DNA from: Bacteroidales bacterium
Lineage (GTDB): Bacteria > Bacteroidota > Bacteroidia > Bacteroidales > P3
Length of the DNA: 64,000 nt
Reading direction: 5' to 3'
Assembly (NCBI GenBank): GCA_017962665.1
Contig: JAGCUU010000001.1
Coordinates: 245 to 64,244, forward strand
The position numbers and the translations under genes were made by a program. Of the stretch, positions 46,807-58,400 are shown piece by piece (position 1 is the first letter of the stretch; the number at the start of each line of letters is the position of its first letter). Below the pieces are notes generated by a model. The model made no database searches and had not been told where the DNA came from. It was given only the letters and a program-made list of their open reading frames with translations.

Positions 46807-48090
46807 TTGAAAAAAACATTTCTAATCATATTGCTGATTGCCGCCAACACAGTGTGCCTCGCCCAAGTGGCTATAGATTCAAATTGGAGCGAGGATGTGA
46901 AAAGCGTGTACCTTAACAGCCTCTCCAACGAGCAAGACCCTCCCTATATCCGGATGGGTCAGTTCGGTGAACCCACGCAGCAACTCTTGCTTCGTTTCGA
47001 CATCCTATCCCCTCAGCCCGAACATCTTCGCTATAGAATACATCACTGCGATGCTGAATGGCATTCCGACGACCTTGAAGACAGCGAGTTTTTCAGCGGA
47101 CCCGTCGACGGGAGCATCAATAACTACCAGTCGTCCTTCACAACACTGATTGAATACACAAACTATTATCAACCAATCCCGGAAGAATCAGGGTATTTCA
47201 TGGCATCCGGCAACTACCTGCTCGAGGTTTATCCTGCCGACAACCCGGACAGCATCATACTCACACGACGGTTTTATGTTTTCGAGGAGCTGGTCGACAT
47301 TGATATGGAACCGAACAAACCCAGCGGTGCCTACGGCAATATCAACCGAGACCAGGAGGTCGACATCCGCATAACTCCGCGCCGTGGCAGCTATCTCCCC
47401 CTACATGGAGAATACTACCATGTAGTATTGCAGCAGAACCGAAGGGAAGACCTAAAACGTAATCTCGGTCCTTGCGTATATTCAGGCAGCAGTATGGAGT
47501 ACAAATGGCAGGCAGCCAACGTTTTCCCTGGCGGTAACCACTTCCGCTATTTCGATCTGAGTAACTTATGGGCGGCGATGTATCATGTACAACGCATAGA
47601 ACAGTGGGGTGGCGAGAATTTTGCTTTTCTGCAACCTGAAGAAGACCGCTCAAGGAAGGTGTACACTCAATATAACAGCCTCAACGGAGGAATGAAGACC
47701 AATATCCGCGAACGGAGGAATCCTCATATCGAAGCCGATTACGTATGGGTTAATTTCAGTCTGCCGATGGAGAGACCGTTTCTTAACGGCTCAGTACATA
47801 TCATAGGAGACCTGACCCTTGGGCGCCTCAACGATGAGAGCCGGATGGAGTGGAACGCACAATATAAAGCCTACACCAAACGCCTTTTGCTAAAACAGGG
47901 ATACTATTCCTATCAGCTTCTTTTTCTCCCAGCCGGAAACCAGAGCGAGAAAGGCGAAGCACTAACAGCAACATTAGAGGGAGACCACTTCGTTATGCCT
48001 AACAACTACACGGCATACATCTACTACCGTTCACCAGGTTCACGATACGACAGGTTGGTGGGATTGCGGAGCATCGTCTTCAACTATTAA
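46807..48090 (+). CDS. DUF5103-like protein (family reported as the T9SS plug protein N-terminal domain)
   Basis: TTG start giving the signal peptide (M)KKTFLIILLIAANTVCLAQ. The block LLLRFDILS...LRYRIHHCDAEWHSDDLEDSEFFSG resembles the DUF5103 signature. The assignment is from memory only. Confidence 0.45.
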   Translation: MKKTFLIILLIAANTVCLAQVAIDSNWSEDVKSVYLNSLSNEQDPPYIRMGQFGEPTQQLLLRFDILSPQPEHLRYRIHHCDAEWHSDDLEDSEFFSGPVDGSINNYQSSFTTLIEYTNYYQPIPEESGYFMASGNYLLEVYPADNPDSIILTRRFYVFEELVDIDMEPNKPSGAYGNINRDQEVDIRITPRRGSYLPLHGEYYHVVLQQNRREDLKRNLGPCVYSGSSMEYKWQAANVFPGGNHFRYFDLSNLWAAMYHVQRIEQWGGENFAFLQPEEDRSRKVYTQYNSLNGGMKTNIRERRNPHIEADYVWVNFSLPMERPFLNGSVHIIGDLTLGRLNDESRMEWNAQYKAYTKRLLLKQGYYSYQLLFLPAGNQSEKGEALTATLEGDHFVMPNNYTAYIYYRSPGSRYDRLVGLRSIVFNY

Positions 48091-49407
48091 CTTCACCACT
48101 TTCTTCGTTTTCCTGCTAACCGAAGCATGGGATGATGCCCTGTATCCCACAACCCACAGGATATCCCCTTGAGCATCGCATAACAGCCATATCGATTCCT
48201 TCTCAACCAGGCTAAGTTTCAAATCGCTGAACAGGTCGCTCACGAGACGACTTCCATTCATTCCAAAAGGGACAAAGCGGTCTCCTCTTCTCCAATGCCG
48301 CAAAGAGAGTGGAAAAACCAATTTCTCCAAATCAAAAATGGCCTCGTGGCGACTCAACTTAATTTTGATAGGAATGGAATCCATGCAGGCAGCACGCAAC
48401 GAACAATCATGTAAAGGAATAATGGTTTTAGGGTCAAGAGAATATATTTGAACAATTTCGTCAGACCTGTCTGTCCGGGGAACAATCAACAGACAGTCTC
48501 TGTCTTTTACCAGCCTGTGACTATGCGAAAAAAACTGCCTGCCACTCTGTGCGTGGAGCGCTTGGACAACATTGTCACAGACAGATGACGAAAAACCAAA
48601 TCGATGCAATATTTCAAAAAGATAGGTCTTCAACGGCGAAAGGGCAGAGAGTGCCTCAATATCGATACGCCATACTTCGCCATCCTTCCGCAAAAGCTTA
48701 CCGCTTACAGACTCCACTGCCGAGCGATAAACCTGTTCCGTAGAGCGTAGATGTTCTATATTTTCCTGCATCGTTGCATCGAACGTGGGCGACATTTCCC
48801 GAAGCAACGGAATAAGTTGAAGGCGGATACGGTTTCGAAGAAAAAGAGGCTGACTGTTAGTGTAGTCCTCTACGAATCGGAGCCCTCTTTCGGAGACATA
48901 ACGGTCTATGTCCTTGCGTCCGAATGGCAGCAAAGGACGGATGATATTACCGTTGCAGGGCATTATGCCGTGCAGTCCGGCAATTCCTGTGCCACGTAGC
49001 AAATTAATAAAGAACGTCTCTATAGAGTCGTCTCGGTGATGTGCGGTGGCAATAAGATCATATCCTTCGGATTGACGCACCTCTTCAAAGAACCCGTAAC
49101 GAAGATTACGGGCGGCCTCCTCGATAGAGAGTCCTTTATTATTTGCATATTCTGTTGTGTTGAAATGCGCAGGATAGAAAGAGACTCCATAATGCCTTGC
49201 CATGTCGCGTACAAAGTCCTCGTCACGGTCGCAGTCGCCAGGCCGCAGGTTAAAATTACAGTGAGCTACTCCAAACGCGGTGCCACGCCGGTGCATGAGG
49301 TCGCAAAGCGTAACCGAGTCACGGCCCCCGCTCACTGCGAGGAGCACCCGCTGCCCATCGGCAATCAGGTGCTCCTCACGAATAAAACTGTCAAAGCGGT
49401 CGAGCAC
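48040..49407 (-). CDS. tilS: tRNA(Ile)-lysidine synthetase TilS
   Basis: PP-loop LLAVSGGRDS. GTG start at 49407. Its 3' end overlaps the convergent DUF5103-like gene by 51 nt. Confidence 0.85.
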   Translation of the reverse strand: MLDRFDSFIREEHLIADGQRVLLAVSGGRDSVTLCDLMHRRGTAFGVAHCNFNLRPGDCDRDEDFVRDMARHYGVSFYPAHFNTTEYANNKGLSIEEAARNLRYGFFEEVRQSEGYDLIATAHHRDDSIETFFINLLRGTGIAGLHGIMPCNGNIIRPLLPFGRKDIDRYVSERGLRFVEDYTNSQPLFLRNRIRLQLIPLLREMSPTFDATMQENIEHLRSTEQVYRSAVESVSGKLLRKDGEVWRIDIEALSALSPLKTYLFEILHRFGFSSSVCDNVVQALHAQSGRQFFSHSHRLVKDRDCLLIVPRTDRSDEIVQIYSLDPKTIIPLHDCSLRAACMDSIPIKIKLSRHEAIFDLEKLVFPLSLRHWRRGDRFVPFGMNGSRLVSDLFSDLKLSLVEKESIWLLCDAQGDILWVVGYRASSHASVSRKTKKVVKLIVEDDAPQSHQPVVS

Positions 49408-49411
49408 AACG

Positions 49412-52400
49412 TCAGCGTTTAATGACCATTCGACGCATCAAACGCTCGCCATCCTTCTCGATGCCATAGTAGTAGACGCCGGTAGACAAATCACCGGAAT
49501 TGAAGTTGATGCTGTGGTCACCTGAGCCAAAGCTTTCCACTCGCTGGTGTACCAATCTGCCGAGTTCATCCATCACAAAGAATCTCACATCACCGGCAGT
49601 AGGCAGGAAGAATTCGATACGTGTGGAGTTGTCAAACGGGTTGGGGTAGTTCTGCTGGAGAGCCATACCGGAAGATGCATTAGCATAAGGTATGTTCAGA
49701 TAGTTGACCACCTCTATATTCGTAGTCTGGTTGTTGCTATTATCGTAGTCACTCTTGTCGATTGTTACGCTACCAGTGTAAGTACGTGTCGGGCTCTTGG
49801 GTATCTTTGTCGGGAAATCGACATAGTATCTGACTCCAGGTGCGAACGACTGGAATATGTTCTTGGCTTTGATATTGCATCCGTTGATAACACCGACCAG
49901 TTTGAATTCTTGATTGCCGTTCGTCACCACGTTACCCATATTCTCGAATTCCAGACGTACATTGCACGAGTCATAACGATTCTCCTCGACTAATACCTTA
50001 ATAGCACAGTAGTCGACATACTGCTCAACAATGGTGGATGTCGTATCGTTAGTCCTGTCATTGTCCTCGTCGGCTGTCACGAAAGCAGTAACATATTTAA
50101 AGTATTCGGGGTGCCATACGTGTCCTTCCGGGAATTCATAGTACAGAGAGCTTAGAGCCGGCAGCGGAGTGGTGCCATGCCATACAGTATCGACCAATGT
50201 GCTGGTATCATTGTAGTAGTAGTAGCCAATCTTGAAGTCATTGACGGCACGGGCTCCCACATTGTCGACAATAACCTGAATCTTTGCCATATTGAAAGTA
50301 GAGGTGTCGACAACGACGGCACGGGCACGTATGTCGGTAATGGCCGACAGGCCTTCAACCTTCATGGCGATGGTGTCGTTAAACGGATAATCGTCGCCTT
50401 CCATCTTTATATAAGCCATGAGATCCATAATACCCATAGAAGCACGGAACTTATGCCTGAAGGAGTAGTTAATATATTCGAACGACTGCAAGTCGTGGCC
50501 TAACAAAGCATTGAAATCGACAGTTTCGGTAACTGTATATGTGCCATTGTAGATATAGGTCACGTTGGCGCTCGACACTGGAGCCTGACCATAGTTACGG
50601 ATACGTGTGGTGACAACGATAGAGTCGCCGGCGATAGTACGCTGGAGCGGGCTCATGAAGCTTACCATGCTGACATCATTGTCAAGAGGCGAAAGGTAGA
50701 ATTCGCCACAGACGGAGTCGTTGTCGGCATACATATCCATATTCATAATAGTATACGAACATATCTGGAAAGTGTCGGGGAAATCGTTCTTGACCACGAA
50801 CGGTGTTTCAAATTCGTAGATATCGCTCTCTCCCGGTTTCAGACCTGTCGTCGAGGTGTATGTACCCGTTCTGGCGAGGTTCACACCATAAGGCAGGTAA
50901 GCCACCTGTATAGAATAGAGTGTATCCAGACCGTAGTTCTTGATAATGACCTTTGGATTGATAATCTGACCAAATTTCGGAGCCGTAGGATAGGTAATGG
51001 CGATGACACCCACATCAAGGTTACGGCGCTGACGTCCAATCTTGAAGTTGTCTATAACAACGCCGTCACAAGGATTGCTTTCCGGCTCCACCTTGTAAAC
51101 CATACGGAACTGGAGTCGTTGCTGGAAGTCGCCACTGATTTTCGACAGCGGGAAACGGCATTTAGAGTATCCATATCCCGGGCTTATACTATCCCAGGCG
51201 GTACCATTGTTATACCACATCGAGTCGTTTGCAGTACCGACGACAGACCAGCGTCCCATGTAGTCGTAGAATTCGATACGTGCGAGATGTCCCTCGGCCA
51301 TGTCGCGGGCAACCCACAAGTCAAGGGTGTCGGGACGTATAATCGAGATATTAATTATAGGAGTATAAGCATAACTCACGTTACCTGTAGTATAGACATT
51401 CACAAAACCGTTGAGGTTTGTACCCATGACGCAAGAGTCGCTGACACATGCCATAATGTTGGGTTTATTCGTGACACCTCTTTGCCACAGGTTCTGGGTG
51501 AACGGACTATATCCACGTGGGATAAACCATTCGTTGCGATCCTCAAAGTCATCGCTATACACGAGAGTCTTGACTGGAGCTCGATAATACTGGTACAGCA
51601 AGGTGTCGTTGAGGTTGTTGGTATCGCCTAAAGTATTAACGACGATTTCGACATTTGTCAGACCGACAGCAAAGACACGTGCAGGAAGATCAACCGCAAC
51701 ACTTTGACCGGCATCGAGATCTCCAGTCCACTGCAATACACCTTGATCAGGAGCAGCGTTAACATTAGAGAACAGATAGTCAATAGTGGCGGCATGGATA
51801 GTTTCTGCACCTTTGTTGGACATCATGAATGTCACGACAACCGAGCTGTCGGAGGTATAACCCGTGTGACCTCCAATATGCTGCTCACGAGGAGATACAA
51901 TACGCGATGCGGCAAGATCCACATCAGTTGGACGATCCTCTATATAGAGCAGATAGTCTTGCATCTGACCAAACTGGAATGAAGTAGTCGGATCCTTGAC
52001 TTTTGTAGCGCCCTGATCTACGACTACACGCATACGCATGTAACCTGTGCGTATGTCAGACGGCAACGTGAAGACGAACTTCTTCGGCATGCCACTGATG
52101 ATAGTGTCTTGATAGATGACTTCCGTAGCAGGATAGCTGTCAAACAATACGCTATCGTCAGGACTGGTGTAGACAGTGTAAGGCGCATATCTGAAACTAC
52201 CGTCACGGTCGGCGTCAATCCATATCGAGAGCCAACCACTTGTAGTGTTATCGAACGACTTGTCGCTACTCATAACCTCGACAGTCATGGTATCGACAGT
52301 ACCCTTTATGAGATGAAGCGCCCTGAGTTCGCCTAACTGCTGGTTAAAGGTGTTTCCACCATAGTCAGGCAGAGGTTCGGCCAATGTCTGAGGATTGTTT

Positions 52401-55400
52401 ATAGCACCTATCTGCAGCGATGAATTCACAAAATTGATATAGTTCTGACCAGCGGCACAGACCTGGTTGTCAAGAGAGCTGAATGAGACACGCGTGATAT
52501 CGAGACCTTGCTTGTTGTCAATCTGACACACTGGGTAAACATTATCCGGTGCGGCATAGAAGTGTATCAAGTCGCGCAAAGTATCGTTCAAGCGGACATT
52601 CTCGTTGGGCAGGTCTGTCCATGTGCGCAGACGATATGACTGTGTAGCAGACCAACTGGGGATGCTCAACAGTGAGTCAAAACGGAACACATAGACCGAG
52701 TCGGGCTGTATTGTGGCAGTGCAATTCTCCTCCACATGCTGCAACAGCACATTGTTACTGTTGTACAGTTCATACACGACAGGAATGTTTGTCATGGCTT
52801 GTGTACCATAGTTGATAAGAGCAACCTTCACAGAGTCGTTTGTCATATACACACGTGTGCCGACTGGTTCCACGACATCGAGGACGGCCATATCCACAGG
52901 GACACGGGCGTTCAGGTTTACATGTACAGCACTGAAATAGCTGGTGCAAGCACTCTGGACATTATTGCCATGTGTGCTAACACAGCATAGATAATAGGTG
53001 GAGTCGTGGAAATACTGTGGAGTTTCCCACCAGGTAGATCTCTGATAGTTGGTGGAAGTAAAGTATGGAGCATCCGTTGAGTCACGGAACCAGAGTATCG
53101 GTCTGTGTATTACTGAACCAGTAGGTGGCGTATCGGTCTGTGATGCATGGATAGTATCCCATGTGGCATAAGGAATATGCAGGTCGACACCGATAGGTGA
53201 CTTTGGAGTATAGTACGACGAATGGGTCACATAGGTTGTAGTGTCATTCAGAGGTTTCTGGTCGTACGGGAATGTGCTCCAGGCACGGGCACGGACAGTA
53301 ATATCCTTGTCGTTACCTGTAGGATAGAGGTTGGCCGTCTGGACGAAATCAAGAGTAACGTCAGCGTTAGGCTCCACATCGACAGGTAGGTTGATAGTCT
53401 CGGTGAAAGTTGTTGGTAGTGTCGACACGGTAACACCTGCGGTATTCAAAACGGCTTGGAAGCCCACAGGGACAGGAGTGCCCGTCAAGAAAGTTTTTCT
53501 ACCCACATTGGTGAGCATTACAGACACCGGGGTATTTTGCAGACGGCAACCGCTCTCGTCGTGAATGATGACCTGTTTAGCCCTGAAGTTATATGCCGGG
53601 TCGAGGAAGAAGACAGACTCAAGGATATTGTTTTCCGGCACCGAATCATTACTCATCGGGAACATTACCACGAGGGTCTGTGTATCGATAACTCCGATAG
53701 GCATCACGATGTAGTTGACATCCACGACAGTATCCTGAGGCAACAGTTCGTCAACGATATGCTGGGTTGTAGTCAGCTGCGGATCGCTGCTGAGATATGC
53801 CCACCATCTGAGGTTACTCTCTGTAGAGGTACCGTCGTTGATAAGCTTTACGCGAATCCACAGCGTATCTGACTCAATATTATCGGTCTCAAGTGTAGGC
53901 TCATAGATTTCGACGATGGCCACATTGTGGTTCTTACGCACAAACTCATGGGCACCGATACATGGATTAGGAATCTGAGGACGAATATAGCCATCCAGGT
54001 CAAGAGGCACCATTGTATTGTATTGTGCCTTTTCGCAGAGGTTACCAATGGTGAGGTGGAGATCAGCACCGCTGACAAAATAGGGTTTCAGATTCAGGGA
54101 GTTGTTATCCATGTGATTTATCTGACGCAAACCATCAAGGCCTAAACACTCCTCACCTCCCCAAAGAGCGATAGCGTTTTCAGCACGACGTGTGTAATAG
54201 TCATTATAGTTGCTGTTGGCAATATTGGCTGCCTGCTGCACGAAGAGTGCGAAGCCGCTGCCGTCGTGACTGAAGATGTTATTCATGAGGGAAATCTCAG
54301 AACTTGATCCGACATGCATGGCGGCACTGCTCTGACCCGTATTGGTAGCCATCGGATATTCGAGACGACAGCTATTGTAGAATACATTTATCCATGTGCT
54401 ACTATCAATCCAGATACCGGCAGAACTGTTGCTGTTCTTACCGGATATGGCACACATATTGTTAGAGACAAGGCTGCGTGTCGCGTTGGCTCCGACAACA
54501 TTCACCAATTTAACGCCCACCTTGGCACCAGAGTAGTTGTCGCCAAGCACTATATTGTTGCGCTCGACAGTAACAGGGCCGTTGTGTTCGGCGACAAAGA
54601 CACCGGTAAGTGCACGGTTAGTGTTGGCACCAGTAGCGATATGGTTGTTGTAGATATAAATATCGTCGATTTTACGCAGATGGACACCAGTGACCATGTA
54701 ATTGCGTATGGTGTCGCCAACAATGTAGACACCATCCGATAATCCTGCTGCAGTGACGATACTCTTCACAGAATAGTATCCACTGTCGAGCACTGACGAC
54801 TCAATACGCAAAGCATGGACGCCGTCACCGACCAAGAGACAGGATGCATTGGTATTGTTCAGACCGCCCTTGACACGGATAACGTCGTTCTTGAAATTAA
54901 TCTGCGATGAGTTGCTGATAGTGATAACATTCGAGTAATTGCCAGTACCTCGGCCAAGGAATGTTATTCCCTCGAAGCCTATGAAATGAGCGCCATCGAT
55001 ATTAATGACGTAGTTTGCTGCATTGACAGGTGCATAGCGAAGTACTACGCTTGACGGAGACTGGGTATTACCCACAAAAGTGACAGTGTTGGTTGCTGAC
55101 ACTCCATCGATGGAACCCAAAGTCACCTGCTCGTTGTAAACACCGTTCTGTACATTGAACACAACAGCGCCATCGACACCGGCATTGACCAGAGTGTCAA
55201 TAGCTGCATTGAAACTTGTGTATAGTCCTGTAGAGCCTATGGTGTAGTTACCTGCGCAGAAACGCACGTTAATCATCTTGGAGATAGTATCGTTCGACTG
55301 AACCGTATCACCAGCCAAAGTAACAGCCATCCTCAAAACATGACGTCCAGGGGTGAAAAGATGTTTTACTATCGTAAGATCGACATCGGTCTGCGGAGCA

Positions 55401-58400
55401 ATATTCGGGCCGCTGCTATAAACGCCATGGCTATTGTCAATCCAATAGTCGACAGTGTAGCCGCTGATAGGCTGAACGCCCATATTGCGCAGATTGATAT
55501 TGATATTAGTGCTGTCGCAAGAGTTGACGGCCGACGTGTCGGCTGCAGTCCAAGAAATTGATGCATCGGCATCGGGGGTGCCTATAACCGTAATGTAAAC
55601 AGGTGTTGTCGGGCCTTCACAGCCGAAGTCGACAAAACCGAAACGCACGTCAGGCCTGTTAGCTGAACGGGATCCTGAAGCAGTGAAGTTAACCAAGTCG
55701 GTGTTGTCGTCGTTCTTGAAGATGACCTTGTTTGCACCTCCATTGGTATAGCGAGTCCTGGCACCCTGAGAAATGGCGGGGTTGATTGTGCGTGTTATCT
55801 GAACAACGATGTTATCCGTACCATTCCAGTGGAAAGCGTTGGTAAGATTGTGTGTAATCCATCCTTTGCTCGTATTGGAAAGCGTAAGAGTGCCAACAGA
55901 GTAATAATTTGTCACAGGCAACCAGCCATTGTTCGCAGTGAAGGTTGTTTGTGATGTCGTTCCGATAGAGATGGTGTAGTTAGTGAAACTCATCGTACCC
56001 GACGGAGCCAGTATGGTATCCAGATAGAATGCGACAGTCTGGATAGGACCGGCACTGTGACCTGCATCTATCAATTCCGAAGCGAGATATAGGTACTGTT
56101 CCTTGACATATTTCTTTTTGGGGTTGTAAGGTGACGGGTATGCGGAGGCTGTAGTGAGAGCAGCCATGTTACCCACATGCAGCGGATTGATGCGGGCACC
56201 GAGACCGGACACATAGAAGGTATCGTCCACATAGAGGTTAGAGGTGGTATATACATTGCAGGTATCAAGCACGTTCATGAAACGGTCGTACCATTTCAGC
56301 GAGTCGGTCGGGGCTGTGATGGAGTGCAGGACAGCATAGCTATCATACATCACAGTGTCGTAAGCCTGGACATTGGGGACACCCGGCATATAGAGTGAGG
56401 TCAACGACTGGCGGATAGTGTCGTTGAATGTAGTGTTGTCGGCAGAGACCTTTTCGACCCATACAAGCACATCGAAATCGACAGAGGCCGAAGCGACAGT
56501 AAAGTCAGGTGCAATGCTGAATGTATGCTGTATGGAGCTGTTTGCGGAAAGTCCTGTGACGAGGGTATCGCTGCATGTCTGCAAGGCAATAGCCTGACCG
56601 GTATATTGAGGATAGCCTGTCACCCTATAGTTGAGCACCACCTGGCCGCTGGGCTGTGCACCACGGTTATGGACATCCACCGTTATGGGAGTGACGCCCA
56701 TACCACATCCGTCAGTGAGATCGAGGTTTTCCACAACCATGTCCACATTAGGCAGGTTAATCAGATGGATAGATACTGTAGCCACGTCACCGAGACAGCC
56801 ATTATCATGGAATCTGACAAGGTTGCTGTTGGTAGTGCCCATCGTCATCTTGTTGTTGTCGTCGGAGCGCTGCCAACGTGAAGCAGTATTGCTGTAAGAA
56901 GCGTTGGGGGCAGGCCAAGCTGTGCGATAAACGCCAGCGGTAGGAATGCTGTCGGGTAACGAGATGCCGGGACCATACCAGACAGTACTCGGAACGTTCT
57001 TGTTGGTCCAGTTGGTTTGAGTGGTGACCTCGTTGAGAGCAACCGCATCCCTAATGATACCCTTGCTTCTGTAAATTATACCCAAATTGGCAGTCTGGTT
57101 AGGATTAACTGTGGCGGTAGCTATAGTCTTTGTAGAGTCGACATTGTTGATACCCGCCCTGTACTGAAGCACAAGAGTCTTGCCAGGCTGGATAGTCACA
57201 TTGGGGAATTTATAGATTTTGTTGTTCAGCGAGCTGGTATTGCTAACCAACATGATGGTGTCATTAAGCAGATTTGCAGGATAGTCTCCGATATTGGTCA
57301 ACTCCACTGCAAGGGTTGTAGAGGCATTCATCCACAGCGGCATCGGGTAAGTAACACCCGGTGCATTCTGTTTCAGCTGAACCTCGGTAATCTTGACAAG
57401 CGGGAAGTCGCGTTTCTGTCTTACATAGAGGGTGGTGTCTGTATAGAGGTTACCAGTGGTGAACGTGTTGCCTCTCCAAATAGCGGAGTCGCTCGTGGCA
57501 GAGGTGTACCAGTAGACCTCGGACTGGTGAGATGTGCTGTTGGTGTAGACATTAGAATACCATGTCTGCAAGCCACCGGAGACAGTCACCGTAGCAGAAT
57601 CGCCATAGTTTGAGTTGACGCTGACGTTATTGGGGGCAGGAGCATGATAATGGGCCGTGACGGTCATCATGCTCGTATCGTTGGCTGGGTTCGGGTCAAT
57701 TGTCGATGTAAGCCAAGCATAGAACTTGTAAGTCGTATCCTCCAAGCCATTTGCCGGGAACGGTATGGTAGCCGATGTATTGAGAATGATGGTATCCGTC
57801 GGCGGAATGACGCGGTTGATGACGATATTGCCGGAAACGCCAGGTGCCATAGTGCCCGGGGTGTTAGTGCGAGAGTATGTCAGTTGTACAGTAGTTGTCG
57901 CCGTAGAGGGATCGTATGCATTGATACCACTGTTTTTGATAACTACGCGGAGCGGGGCTGCCGACGGGGCTTCACAGTATTCGTCATAAGGTTCAAGGAA
58001 TTCGAGAATCTCGAAATCATACGGCAGGGCGGAGAACTCAAAAGCTCCGACACAGGGTGCCGTGGCATTACGAGTGGTGCCGAACATATCATCGGTCACC
58101 TCAACAAAAGGAACACCATGCTCCTTGACATTCTGGCTGTAGGAGCGCAAGTCTGTCGGAGTGCTGACGAGGAACGCTGGATTCACATTCTGTGAATTGC
58201 CGTCCATGGAACAATGCGACTGCCAGTTGGCAAATGTATAGCAGTTGATACCGTCATACTTGTTCAAGAGAGGACTCTGCGAATAATATATATTGTATCC
58301 TATATAATTAGTAGCATTTTCCGTAGGTATATAGTTGAATGCAAAGTTAACCGTGTCAAAACAAGCGACAATGTTATTGTAGAAATAGCTGTTCTCAAGA

